The translations under genes and the position numbers were made by a program. From Candidatus Omnitrophota bacterium (GTDB lineage: Bacteria; Omnitrophota; Gorgyraeia; JAFGIU01), in contig JAFGIU010000005.1 in NCBI GenBank assembly GCA_016929445.1, positions 12,899-76,898 on the forward strand: DNA of 64,000 bases, given 5' to 3'. Of the stretch, positions 49,088 to 57,481 are shown one piece after another; the first letter of the stretch is position 1; each line of letters begins with the position of its first letter. Under the pieces are notes generated by a model, which searched no databases, was not told the origin of the DNA, and saw nothing but the letters and a program-made list of their open reading frames with translations.

Positions 49088-52000
49088 CTAAAGCGCGCTC
49101 TGCAGCGCTTGAATGGAAAGAGTTTGGACTTGAAGGGCTTGGACGACTGAGCCGGTCCGCACTTCAGAAGCTTCCGTCCGCACTCCTGCCTCCTCCAGCT
49201 GCCGGGCCATTTCGTCGTGAATCCAGGAGGCGATTGCTATCGTGCCGTGCTCCCAGAATGCGACTTTAACTTGGCGGTTCATCCGCGATTCTATAGTGTT
49301 CCTATAACGGCCCACGATTTGAAGTAGTTTTTCCTGCTGCGCCGGGTATTGATTTGGGTCGTGCGCGCGCAAAACAAGGATGGCTTGCTGCAATTCTTGT
49401 TTTGTCCAGTTGTCCTCTATTTGTAGCCATGTTGCAGGGAGCCATTCTCCGACAGCATCTGCTTTCTCCCAAATCTGATCGACCCATCCATCCCTCCGTG
49501 TTTCATCCCCCCAAATACCTTGTATCCACGAGGCTTCTGCCAGAGAGCGCCAAACATTCCCATAACTCTGTTTCCAGGTGTCCCCCATATTTCCCGCAAG
49601 GTAAGGAACAGGGAAGGTAAAATCCTGGAGAAGCCAGTTGGAAAGTCCGGATTTAAAGGCGGCCGAAGTGCGGGAAGGCATATATCTTGCAATTTGCTGA
49701 ATGGGGGCACTGATTATGCTGGGATCCCCTGTGAGGCATTCTTGAACATACAAACGGACAAAGTTCCGGCCTTCGGGAGTCAGCAACCGGATGGCTTCCC
49801 CAATTTCGTATGGCACTTCTGCACCATACAGATTTTGAAGAGTGCGGATGAGCTCTGTTGCATTGGGAATCATTCCCGCACTGTCCATTATTGCAGGAGA
49901 AAGATCCAAGTCTTTACTGGATCTGCGGCGGATCCGCCGGAGGTCGGGAGTTTGCAGGCCCGGCACCCGGCAATTGTTCAGGATCCAAGCGCCGACACCC
50001 ATTTCCGGCGTGTCTGGCTGCCACACCCAGACAATTTGAATGGCTAAGTAGTCCATCCATCTTTGCAGGTCTTGGATATCGCGATCCGAATCTGGCTGGA
50101 TCAACCAAATCGAGAGAATCTGATATAGAGGCTGGAGGACTGAAGGAGCTCCGGACCTCAAAAGTGGCTCATAGGCCGGATCCCAATTGGATTGGCCCAT
50201 TTGTTCCATGGCTGACCGAATGATGGTGTTTACATCAAATTCTCCTTGCAGCAACAGGCGGTCCACAGCCTCAGGAGGAACTTCGCTTTGAAACGACAAC
50301 CGGGTCACCACCGAGGCCAGGTTCAGAGCCAGCCGGGATTGGGCGGCGATCTGAACCCAAGCGGCTTCATGACGGTTGCTCTGAATCAGATCGTGGATTT
50401 GATGAAGATCTTCCAGCGATTGGTCTAGAATCTCAATGAGAGTTCCTTCATAAGTGGGCAGATCTTGTTCCCATCGCGGCCCCAGGTCGCGGATATCCGG
50501 ACTGGCCAAATAGGCGGTATCGAGGCTCTGCACAGGAGTCAGTGGGACGAGACCACTCCGCAGGAGACGGAGCTGGTTCTGTAAACGTGTGGCGGCCTGC
50601 CCTAAGTTTTGTTCGATGGCGTCAGAAGCCCCCCAGCTTCCGGCATTTTCAGGCGTCCCGAGACTCTCTCGAACCAAGCGGGCTGCGTTGAGAGTCCTGA
50701 GGTTTGCATCCAGCAAGTTTTGCAGCTTCTGTGCATCCTCAGATTGAGTTGTTCCTAAAACAAGCACTGTATTGTACAGGGACTCCAAGTTCAGACGAGC
50801 TCTTTCCAGATCGGGCCAATCCATCTCCAGCCTTGCGGCAGGACTTGGAGGAGCCGCGAGCTCTGGGTCCGGCCGTTGCCTCAAGGGTTCCTGGAGAAGG
50901 TTCACGAACTCTGCCTCGAAAACCTCCAGTCCGGGGAGGGTTCCTTCCTCCAGTCTTCGTGGTTCCAAAGTCTGGAAAGAAGGAGATCCCTGTGCCGCAA
51001 AGGCGAGCTCTTGCCACAGGTTTCTGCCCAGCCGTGCGTGAATCCGTTGGCGGGCTTGATAGATATCCTCTTGCATGAATCCCAATAGCGTGCCGCTTCC
51101 GACCCTGTTCAGGATCTGGTTTGACTGTTGGAACAAGGTAACTTGCTGCTCCATGAATAGAAGACCTGCCAGGTCGTTGTTGTTTGTAAGTGCCCGCACG
51201 TAATCGCGGAAGCCTTGTGGGGGGTGCCTTCCGGAACGGTCTATTTCGAGCGCTCTGGTGACCAGTCCATAAAGACCGGATTGGAGCTTTTCAGATACAG
51301 CATCCGTGACATCCGTCACCAGAGGAAGCAGAGCAGAATCTACCTGGGTGTGGTGTTCATCCAACCATCGGGTGCTCTCCCGGCACCAATCCCACCAATA
51401 GAACGGATTGGACGTCTCCGACTTTCTCACTAAGTTGCTCGGAATCAAGTTACCGGATAGTGCTCCGCTCAGCGAGGCCATTTCCGTATGGGTGAAAGCT
51501 TCCGGTCGGCTTTCGCTGCCTGCGAGTTCCACGGGTTCGTTGTGGATGTGGAAGCTTATGCCGAGCGCTGAAGGCGGGATGCTTTCCCCGACTTCCTGGA
51601 GCAACTCTTCCGCAATGAGACTCGCCTTTTGCGGGTCGAAAAGCCCTCCTCTGAAATACTCTTCCGAGAGATAAATGTGGAGTTCCGGCAAGATGCCGCC
51701 TCCCTCCGCCATTTTAAAGACTTGTTCACTTACGGCCCAGGCAGGGCGACCGGGGTCCCCTGTGAGGTTCTCAGAATGACTGCGGAAGACCCGGACTTTG
51801 ACTGGGGAGTCTTCACTCAGTGCCGCCAAAAGGTAGTCCTTGAATTGAGCTCCTAACTCGGGAAAAGGTCCGGTTGAAGGATCCATGGAGTTGACCAGAT
51901 GGACCACCCTTTCAAGCGGGATGGCATCCAAGTCCGGATAAGACGAGCGCTTGGCGTTATCCAGCATTGTCTGTACCATTTGCTCCCGGTTGAGCCTTCC

Positions 52001-52381
52001 CATGGGCCCGGAGGCCACAGTGGCCGCGGGTATGGCAGGCACTTCGAATCCGGCCTCCCTCGCGGCCATTTGCATGGCGCGCTGCATGGTTCCGGGCGCA
52101 TCGGACCGGGTCTCGAAAAAGCGCCGGAGTCTGCCCAGAACCACCATGGCTTGTTGGGCACTGTTGAGACCCCGGATTCCGTCGAGGACTCCGGAAGTCC
52201 TGATCCATTCTTGAAACTGCTCGGCATCTGTGATTTCCCCATCAAAGGGGGCCACTGGGGCAAGCGTGGCGGGTTCTTGAGCCCGGGTGACTGCAGCCAG
52301 GCCCGGAATGCCCAGCATCAGGGCTGTCATCAGGAATAGTGGGAGGAGCCGGCGGCTCCGGAGCCTGCGGAATGGGTGCAT
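49088..52381 (-). CDS. Large (1097 aa) hypothetical exported protein
   Basis: Long uninterrupted ORF; basic N-region, hydrophobic core, TRA/QE cleavage-like site; no domain recognised. Confidence 0.75.
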   Translation of the reverse strand: MHPFRRLRSRRLLPLFLMTALMLGIPGLAAVTRAQEPATLAPVAPFDGEITDAEQFQEWIRTSGVLDGIRGLNSAQQAMVVLGRLRRFFETRSDAPGTMQRAMQMAAREAGFEVPAIPAATVASGPMGRLNREQMVQTMLDNAKRSSYPDLDAIPLERVVHLVNSMDPSTGPFPELGAQFKDYLLAALSEDSPVKVRVFRSHSENLTGDPGRPAWAVSEQVFKMAEGGGILPELHIYLSEEYFRGGLFDPQKASLIAEELLQEVGESIPPSALGISFHIHNEPVELAGSESRPEAFTHTEMASLSGALSGNLIPSNLVRKSETSNPFYWWDWCRESTRWLDEHHTQVDSALLPLVTDVTDAVSEKLQSGLYGLVTRALEIDRSGRHPPQGFRDYVRALTNNNDLAGLLFMEQQVTLFQQSNQILNRVGSGTLLGFMQEDIYQARQRIHARLGRNLWQELAFAAQGSPSFQTLEPRRLEEGTLPGLEVFEAEFVNLLQEPLRQRPDPELAAPPSPAARLEMDWPDLERARLNLESLYNTVLVLGTTQSEDAQKLQNLLDANLRTLNAARLVRESLGTPENAGSWGASDAIEQNLGQAATRLQNQLRLLRSGLVPLTPVQSLDTAYLASPDIRDLGPRWEQDLPTYEGTLIEILDQSLEDLHQIHDLIQSNRHEAAWVQIAAQSRLALNLASVVTRLSFQSEVPPEAVDRLLLQGEFDVNTIIRSAMEQMGQSNWDPAYEPLLRSGAPSVLQPLYQILSIWLIQPDSDRDIQDLQRWMDYLAIQIVWVWQPDTPEMGVGAWILNNCRVPGLQTPDLRRIRRRSSKDLDLSPAIMDSAGMIPNATELIRTLQNLYGAEVPYEIGEAIRLLTPEGRNFVRLYVQECLTGDPSIISAPIQQIARYMPSRTSAAFKSGLSNWLLQDFTFPVPYLAGNMGDTWKQSYGNVWRSLAEASWIQGIWGDETRRDGWVDQIWEKADAVGEWLPATWLQIEDNWTKQELQQAILVLRAHDPNQYPAQQEKLLQIVGRYRNTIESRMNRQVKVAFWEHGTIAIASWIHDEMARQLEEAGVRTEASEVRTGSVVQALQVQTLSIQALQSAL

Positions 52382-52576
52382 CTAAGTCAGAGGTCCTTTA
52401 TAACGTATTTATTAGCAATTAGTTAGATAATTAAGTATTATTTCCGCTTTCTGGTGGGACAAAGTATACCACATCTTGGACCATGCTAAACTGTATTCCC
52501 AAAATAAGTTACAGGTCTTTCTCAGACAGCCGGTGCCCCCGGCTTCTGCTAAAATGAGGCAGGAAAGGGGGCGGAT

Positions 52577-54619
52577 ATGAATTGTCCGAACTGCCGGGCC
52601 GTCGAGCTCAAACCCATGCTCACCAAACAGGGCGTGGAATTGGACTATTGCCCGCAATGCAAGGGCGTGTGGATGGATCGCGGGGAGATCTACCACTTTG
52701 TCAAGAATCCGGGAAAGGTCGAGGCCAAACTTCAGGCAGCGCTCAAGCGGCAGCAGCCCACACAGCGTATTTGTCCGCGCTCCGGCAAGCCCATGGTTGT
52801 GATCGAGTATCCGGCCGGCCCCACTCTGGACTACAGCCCCAGCAACGGCGGACTCTGGTTTGATGCCGGGGAGTTCAAACTGCTCCAGGAAACGGAGCGT
52901 CAGTTTGATGCGTCGCCCGACCGCAAGGTTTGGATGCACGAACAGGAGCAGGCTTCGCGCCAACTCAAGATACGCTCCGGCCTTTTGCCCCTTCCTAATT
53001 TATTTTTGCGATCCACTCTGACATTGACAGGTCTTTACGCGCTCTTAGGGGCGGTGCTCATCGCGGCGGTGGAGTTTGCAGGCGTGAGGCCGGACCTGGC
53101 CGTAGGTATCGGACTTGCGGTCATCTTCCTCCAATTCTTGGTGGGTCCCTGGTTCATGGACCTCACCTTGCGCTGGCTCTATCGCATTGATTGGGGAGTT
53201 GCGGGCATGCCTCCTCACTTGCACGAGTTTATGCAAAAGGCCTGCAAAGAAAAGAAGATGAAGTTGCCGCGCTTCGGGGTCTTGCGGGACGGCGCTCCTC
53301 AGGCTTTCACTTACGGCCACAGTCCCAACAACGCGCGCATTGTGATTTCTCAAGGGCTCTTGGAAATTCTGGAGCCCGACGAGATCGAAGCCGTGGTGGC
53401 CCACGAAATCGGCCACGTCGTGCACTGGGATATGCTGTTGATGACGCTGGTGCAGGCCGTGCCTCTGATCCTCTACTACATTTATCGCACGTTGATTCGT
53501 GTGCGCAGCTCGGGGAATGACAAGAGCGCAGGTCCCCGCATTGCCGTTGCCGTCACCGCGTATATCCTCTACCTCATCAGCCAGTACATTGTGCTTTGGT
53601 TTTCCAGGACGCGTGAGTATCATGCGGATCGTTTTGCCGGGCAGGTCACGGGGAGTCCTTCCAGCCTGGCCAGTGCCTTGGTTAAGATTGCCTATGGGTT
53701 GGCCGGAGCACAGAAGGAGGGCAGAGAGGGCAAGGACAAACGCGACTCAGGTATCGAAGCCTTAGGTGCGCTGGGAATTTTTGAAAAGGGGAAGGCCAAG
53801 GCTTTGGCAGTTTCAAGCTTTTCTTCCAATGTGGCCCCCGGGCAGGTCGATAAGAAAAACCTCAAAGGCGCGATGCGCTGGGATCTTTGGAATCCGTGGG
53901 CCAAGTGGCATGAGATTCATTCGACGCATCCCCTAGTGGCCCATCGCTTGCGCTATTTGTCGGATCAGTCTGCAAGTTTGGGACAAGAGCCCTACGTGGT
54001 TTTTGATGAAGTTCAACCGGAATCTTACTGGGACGAGTTTGCTGTGGACTTGTGCTTTCACATGGCTCCCTTCTTATTGCCGCTGGTGTATTTAGCCGTC
54101 ACTGCCTGGACCACGGGTGGTTTTACGGATTGTGCTCCGAAGTCCGTCATTGCAGGCGTTTTGTTTTCGTTGGGTGCGGGCATGCTGATTCGCATGGGGT
54201 TTGCGTACAATTCCGAGGCCTTTCCGGAGATGTGTGTGGCAGCTCTGCTCAAACACGTCAAGGTATCTGCGGTTCGCCCGGTGCCTTGTACTTTAAAAGG
54301 CCGGGTGATCGGCCGGGGGGTGCCGGGCTATATTCTTTCCGATGATTTTGTGATGCGCGATGACACAGGCATCATCTTTCTCGATATGAGGCAACCTCTG
54401 CGTATTTGGGAGATCTTGTTCGGGCTGCTCAAAGCAGGGGAGTACCAGGGCCAGGAAGTCACAGTCAAAGGCTGGTACCGCCGGGCCCCGGTTCCTTATA
54501 TTGAGCTCAAGAGCATCGAGAGCAACGGTAAAGTACGCAAGAGCTATGCTTTGCCCTTTTACAGAGCGATGGCCCTGCTTCTTGTGATCGTGGGCATTGG
54601 GTTGAGCGTGATGCGATAA
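52577..54619 (+). CDS. Zinc-ribbon (zf-TFIIB x2) fused M48/HtpX-type membrane metalloprotease
   Basis: CPNC...DYCPQCKGVWMDRGE, AVVAHEIGH, SRTREY.AD, STHP; C-terminal extension. Confidence 0.88.
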   Translation: MNCPNCRAVELKPMLTKQGVELDYCPQCKGVWMDRGEIYHFVKNPGKVEAKLQAALKRQQPTQRICPRSGKPMVVIEYPAGPTLDYSPSNGGLWFDAGEFKLLQETERQFDASPDRKVWMHEQEQASRQLKIRSGLLPLPNLFLRSTLTLTGLYALLGAVLIAAVEFAGVRPDLAVGIGLAVIFLQFLVGPWFMDLTLRWLYRIDWGVAGMPPHLHEFMQKACKEKKMKLPRFGVLRDGAPQAFTYGHSPNNARIVISQGLLEILEPDEIEAVVAHEIGHVVHWDMLLMTLVQAVPLILYYIYRTLIRVRSSGNDKSAGPRIAVAVTAYILYLISQYIVLWFSRTREYHADRFAGQVTGSPSSLASALVKIAYGLAGAQKEGREGKDKRDSGIEALGALGIFEKGKAKALAVSSFSSNVAPGQVDKKNLKGAMRWDLWNPWAKWHEIHSTHPLVAHRLRYLSDQSASLGQEPYVVFDEVQPESYWDEFAVDLCFHMAPFLLPLVYLAVTAWTTGGFTDCAPKSVIAGVLFSLGAGMLIRMGFAYNSEAFPEMCVAALLKHVKVSAVRPVPCTLKGRVIGRGVPGYILSDDFVMRDDTGIIFLDMRQPLRIWEILFGLLKAGEYQGQEVTVKGWYRRAPVPYIELKSIESNGKVRKSYALPFYRAMALLLVIVGIGLSVMR

Positions 54620-54635
54620 GCTTTCACTCAAAATC

Positions 54636-54691
54636 AGGGACAGGTCTCGCTTATCCCTTTAGCTGCAGTAAGTTGCGAGAGGTCCGTCCCC
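54636..54691 (+). repeat. 56-bp REP-like palindrome, copy 5
   Basis: AGGGACAGGTCTCG...GAGGTCCGTCCCC. Confidence 0.85.
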
Positions 54692-54720
54692 GAGCCATTT
54701 GTGAAGCTGTTTTTACCGGG

Positions 54721-54776
54721 GGGGACGGATCTCTCGTATCTCCTTACAGTGTATAGGGAAGGCGAGAACCGTCCCT
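54721..54776 (-). repeat. 56-bp REP-like palindrome, copy 6
   Basis: GGGGACGGATCTC...GGCGAGAACCGTCCCT. Confidence 0.85.
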
Positions 54777-54779
54777 AAG

Positions 54780-56405
54780 TTAACTCGCTGCAGCCAATAC
54801 GGCTTCCAAATCCTTTTCCGGGGTGGAGATGGGTCGAATATCGAAGTGCTCCACCAGGAAGTTGAAGATGTTCGGGGTGATAAAGGCCGGTAAGCTGGGG
54901 CCCAATCGGATTCCCTTAATCCCCAAGGAAAGCAGGGAAAGCAGGATGACCACGGCTTTTTGTTCGTACCAAGACAGGATGAGCGTGAGCGGCAGGTCAT
55001 TAACTCCGCACTCAAAGGCGCCGGCCAAGAGCTCGGCAATCTTGATGGCCGAGTAGGCATCGTTGCACTGGCCCAGATCCAAGAGGCGCGGGATCCCGCC
55101 GATATTGCCGAAGTCCAGATGATTGAAGCGGAACTTCCCGCAGGCCAAGGTGAGGATCACGCAGTCTTCGGGAACTTGCTGGGTGAACTCCGTGTAATAG
55201 TTACGGCCCGGTTTTGCCCCGTCGCAACCGCCCACCAGAAAGAAGTGCTTGATGGCGCCCGCCTTAACAGCCTCCACGACTTTGTCCGCCACGTTTGCCA
55301 CGGCATTGCGGCCGCAACCGGTCAGCAAAGTGCCGCCCTCGTTTTCTTCAAAGCCATTGAGTTCCAAGGCCTTCTCAATCACAGGGCTGAAGTCACGCTT
55401 CTGAATGTGGATGATCCCCGGCCAACCCACCTCGCCGCCGGTGAACACGCGGTCCTTGTAGTTCTCCTGGGGCTCCTGGATGCAGTTGGTGGTGAAATAG
55501 ACGGCAGCCGGGATATTGTTGAACTCGCGTTGCTGGTTCTGCCATCCGGTGCCGAAGTGGCCCGCAAAATGTGCGTACTTCTTGAAGGCCGGATATCCGT
55601 GAGCCGGGAGCATCTCGCCGTGAGTGTAGACGTTGATGCCTTTGCCTTCGGTTTGCTTTAGGAGTTCCTCCATATCGAGGAGATCGTGGCCCGTAATAAT
55701 GATGGCCGGGCCTTTTTTCCGGCCGGTGGAAACCGGTGTGGGCTCAGGATGCCCGAAGCGCGTGGTGTGCGCTTCGTCCAGGATCTCCATGCAACGGATA
55801 TTCACCTGTCCGCAGCGCATGTTTAGATCCACCAGAGCCTCCAAAGTGATCTCCGAATCATTGAGCGCCGCGAGAGCTTCGGAGATGAAGGCAAAGATGC
55901 ACTCGTCTTCATAGCCCAACACAGAAGCGTGTTCCGCATAGGCGGCCAGCCCCTTAATTCCATAGGTGAGAAGGTGCTGGAGGGAACGAATGTCTTCATT
56001 CGGGTGATCCCCGGTGATCTGAAGCCTTGCGGCCTGCGCGCTAAGTTCCTCGCGTGAGTCTTTGGGCTCGAATGTCACGGAATCCGGGACAGAGGCGGGA
56101 TTGCCTGCGAGTGCTTGCGCGTTCTTCTTGACTTGTTCTGCCTCGCGAATGGTTTCGACTAAGCGATCCGGATCAAAGTTGACATTGGTGACGGTGATGA
56201 AGAGGCCGCGGAGGATAAAACGGTCGATCTCCACGTCCGACTTGCCGTTCTTCCGGGCTGCGTGGGCTAAATAGCCGATCCCCTTGAGCTGGTGGATGAT
56301 GATGTCCTGGAGCCCGGCGGCCTCGGGGGTCTTTCCGCACACGCCTTCGGTATGGCAACCCTGGCCCCGGTACGCTTGCTCACACTGATAACAAAACATG
56401 CTCAT
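54780..56405 (-). CDS. hcp: Hybrid cluster protein (hydroxylamine/NO reductase)
   Basis: MFCYQCEQ...GC...GVCGK, YTHGEMLPAHGYP, LVGGCDG, GQCNDAYSA, LSWYEQKAV. Confidence 0.97.
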   Translation of the reverse strand: MSMFCYQCEQAYRGQGCHTEGVCGKTPEAAGLQDIIIHQLKGIGYLAHAARKNGKSDVEIDRFILRGLFITVTNVNFDPDRLVETIREAEQVKKNAQALAGNPASVPDSVTFEPKDSREELSAQAARLQITGDHPNEDIRSLQHLLTYGIKGLAAYAEHASVLGYEDECIFAFISEALAALNDSEITLEALVDLNMRCGQVNIRCMEILDEAHTTRFGHPEPTPVSTGRKKGPAIIITGHDLLDMEELLKQTEGKGINVYTHGEMLPAHGYPAFKKYAHFAGHFGTGWQNQQREFNNIPAAVYFTTNCIQEPQENYKDRVFTGGEVGWPGIIHIQKRDFSPVIEKALELNGFEENEGGTLLTGCGRNAVANVADKVVEAVKAGAIKHFFLVGGCDGAKPGRNYYTEFTQQVPEDCVILTLACGKFRFNHLDFGNIGGIPRLLDLGQCNDAYSAIKIAELLAGAFECGVNDLPLTLILSWYEQKAVVILLSLLSLGIKGIRLGPSLPAFITPNIFNFLVEHFDIRPISTPEKDLEAVLAAAS

Positions 56406-56490
56406 ACCCTGATCTCCTTTGTGGGTCGTGATACGATAAAACTGCTGCTGCGAGTCTCTTTAAAAGAGTACCTTCTGAGTGACTGCAGAG

Positions 56491-56508
56491 CCTTGATCCG
56501 GGTCAAGG
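56491..56508. promoter_or_regulatory. FNR/HcpR-type binding box
   Basis: CCTTGAT-CCGG-GTCAAGG (TTGAT-N4-ATCAA-like) between divergent hcp and the Crp/Fnr gene. Confidence 0.7.
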
Positions 56509-56531
56509 GATTGAGAATCTGGGGGGCCTTT

Positions 56532-57233
56532 ATGCCGGTTGACCATTTATTGCCGCAACTCGATTTTTTTAAAGGACTTAGCCAGGAGACCCAGAAGGCT
56601 CTCGCGTCTATTTGTGTCCGGAAGGGCCTCCAAAGGAAGGAAGTGCTGTTCCGCGAAGGGGATCGGGGCCAGGGGCTATACCTCTTGGAGAGCGGGTCGG
56701 TTCAACTGTACAAGACCGGTTCCGAGGGCAAGGAAGTGGTGATCAAGGTGCTCAAACCGGGGGAGCTCTTTGCAGTCGTTGTTCTGTTTGAGCAAGAAAA
56801 CTATCCGGTGAGCGCCCTGGCTTTGCAGGACAGTCTGGTCTACCTGATGCCCAGGCAGGATTTTCACACTCTTCTGGACAATGCGGATTTGCGCAATGAT
56901 TTCATCCGCAGCTTGCTCCAGAAGCAGCGGCATCTGGCCGATCGCATCCTTCAACTCAGCAGCGAAGATATAGAGGAAAGGCTCCGGCGCTTTTTAGAGG
57001 ACCACTACGGTGAAAAGCCCATCATCACACCGGCCCTAAGCAAACGGGAAGTGGCTGCGGCCATTGGCACTGTGCCGGAGACTCTCTCCCGGCTTCTGCA
57101 AAAACTCAAATCGGAAGGCCGGCTTGTTTGGGAAGAGAAGATCATTCACGTGGACCGCTCTTTCTGGACAAAACGTGATTCTCGTCATATCACACCTCCT
57201 TGCAGTGTTGACGGAGCCAAAACCAAGGAGTAG
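56532..57233 (+). CDS. Crp/Fnr family regulator (HcpR/DNR-like)
   Basis: LFREGD, G.V.LYK...GKE, PGELFA, IGTVPETLSR HTH; divergent from hcp. Confidence 0.9.
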   Translation: MPVDHLLPQLDFFKGLSQETQKALASICVRKGLQRKEVLFREGDRGQGLYLLESGSVQLYKTGSEGKEVVIKVLKPGELFAVVVLFEQENYPVSALALQDSLVYLMPRQDFHTLLDNADLRNDFIRSLLQKQRHLADRILQLSSEDIEERLRRFLEDHYGEKPIITPALSKREVAAAIGTVPETLSRLLQKLKSEGRLVWEEKIIHVDRSFWTKRDSRHITPPCSVDGAKTKE

Positions 57234-57481
57234 CCGCTATGGACCCCAGCCGGCAGTGACCTCTTCCCCTGACAGTGCCGTTCAAACATGTACGTCCGCG
57301 AAGATCCCGTTAACCCATTGTTGGATAATAAGTTAACCTTTTTAAGGCATGAAAAACGGCGGATTTTCTGTTTGCGGCGGATTGTTGATCCGCCTGGCGA
57401 GATTCAATGTGATATATTCTATATATAGATATTAAAGACATATTAAAATAGACGGCTCTAATTTTGCTAAGGGACTCCTCC

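Noticed and set aside
26917-54776. REP-like repeats as a CRISPR array or IS ends
   Set aside because: Dispersed, degenerate and unspaced; no cas or transposase gene in the window.
54960-55661. 233-aa ORF antisense to hcp
   Set aside because: Shadow frame of hcp.
56292-56531. N-terminal extension of the Crp/Fnr ORF
   Set aside because: Overlaps the hcp start and the operator; ATG 56532 gives a normal-length regulator.
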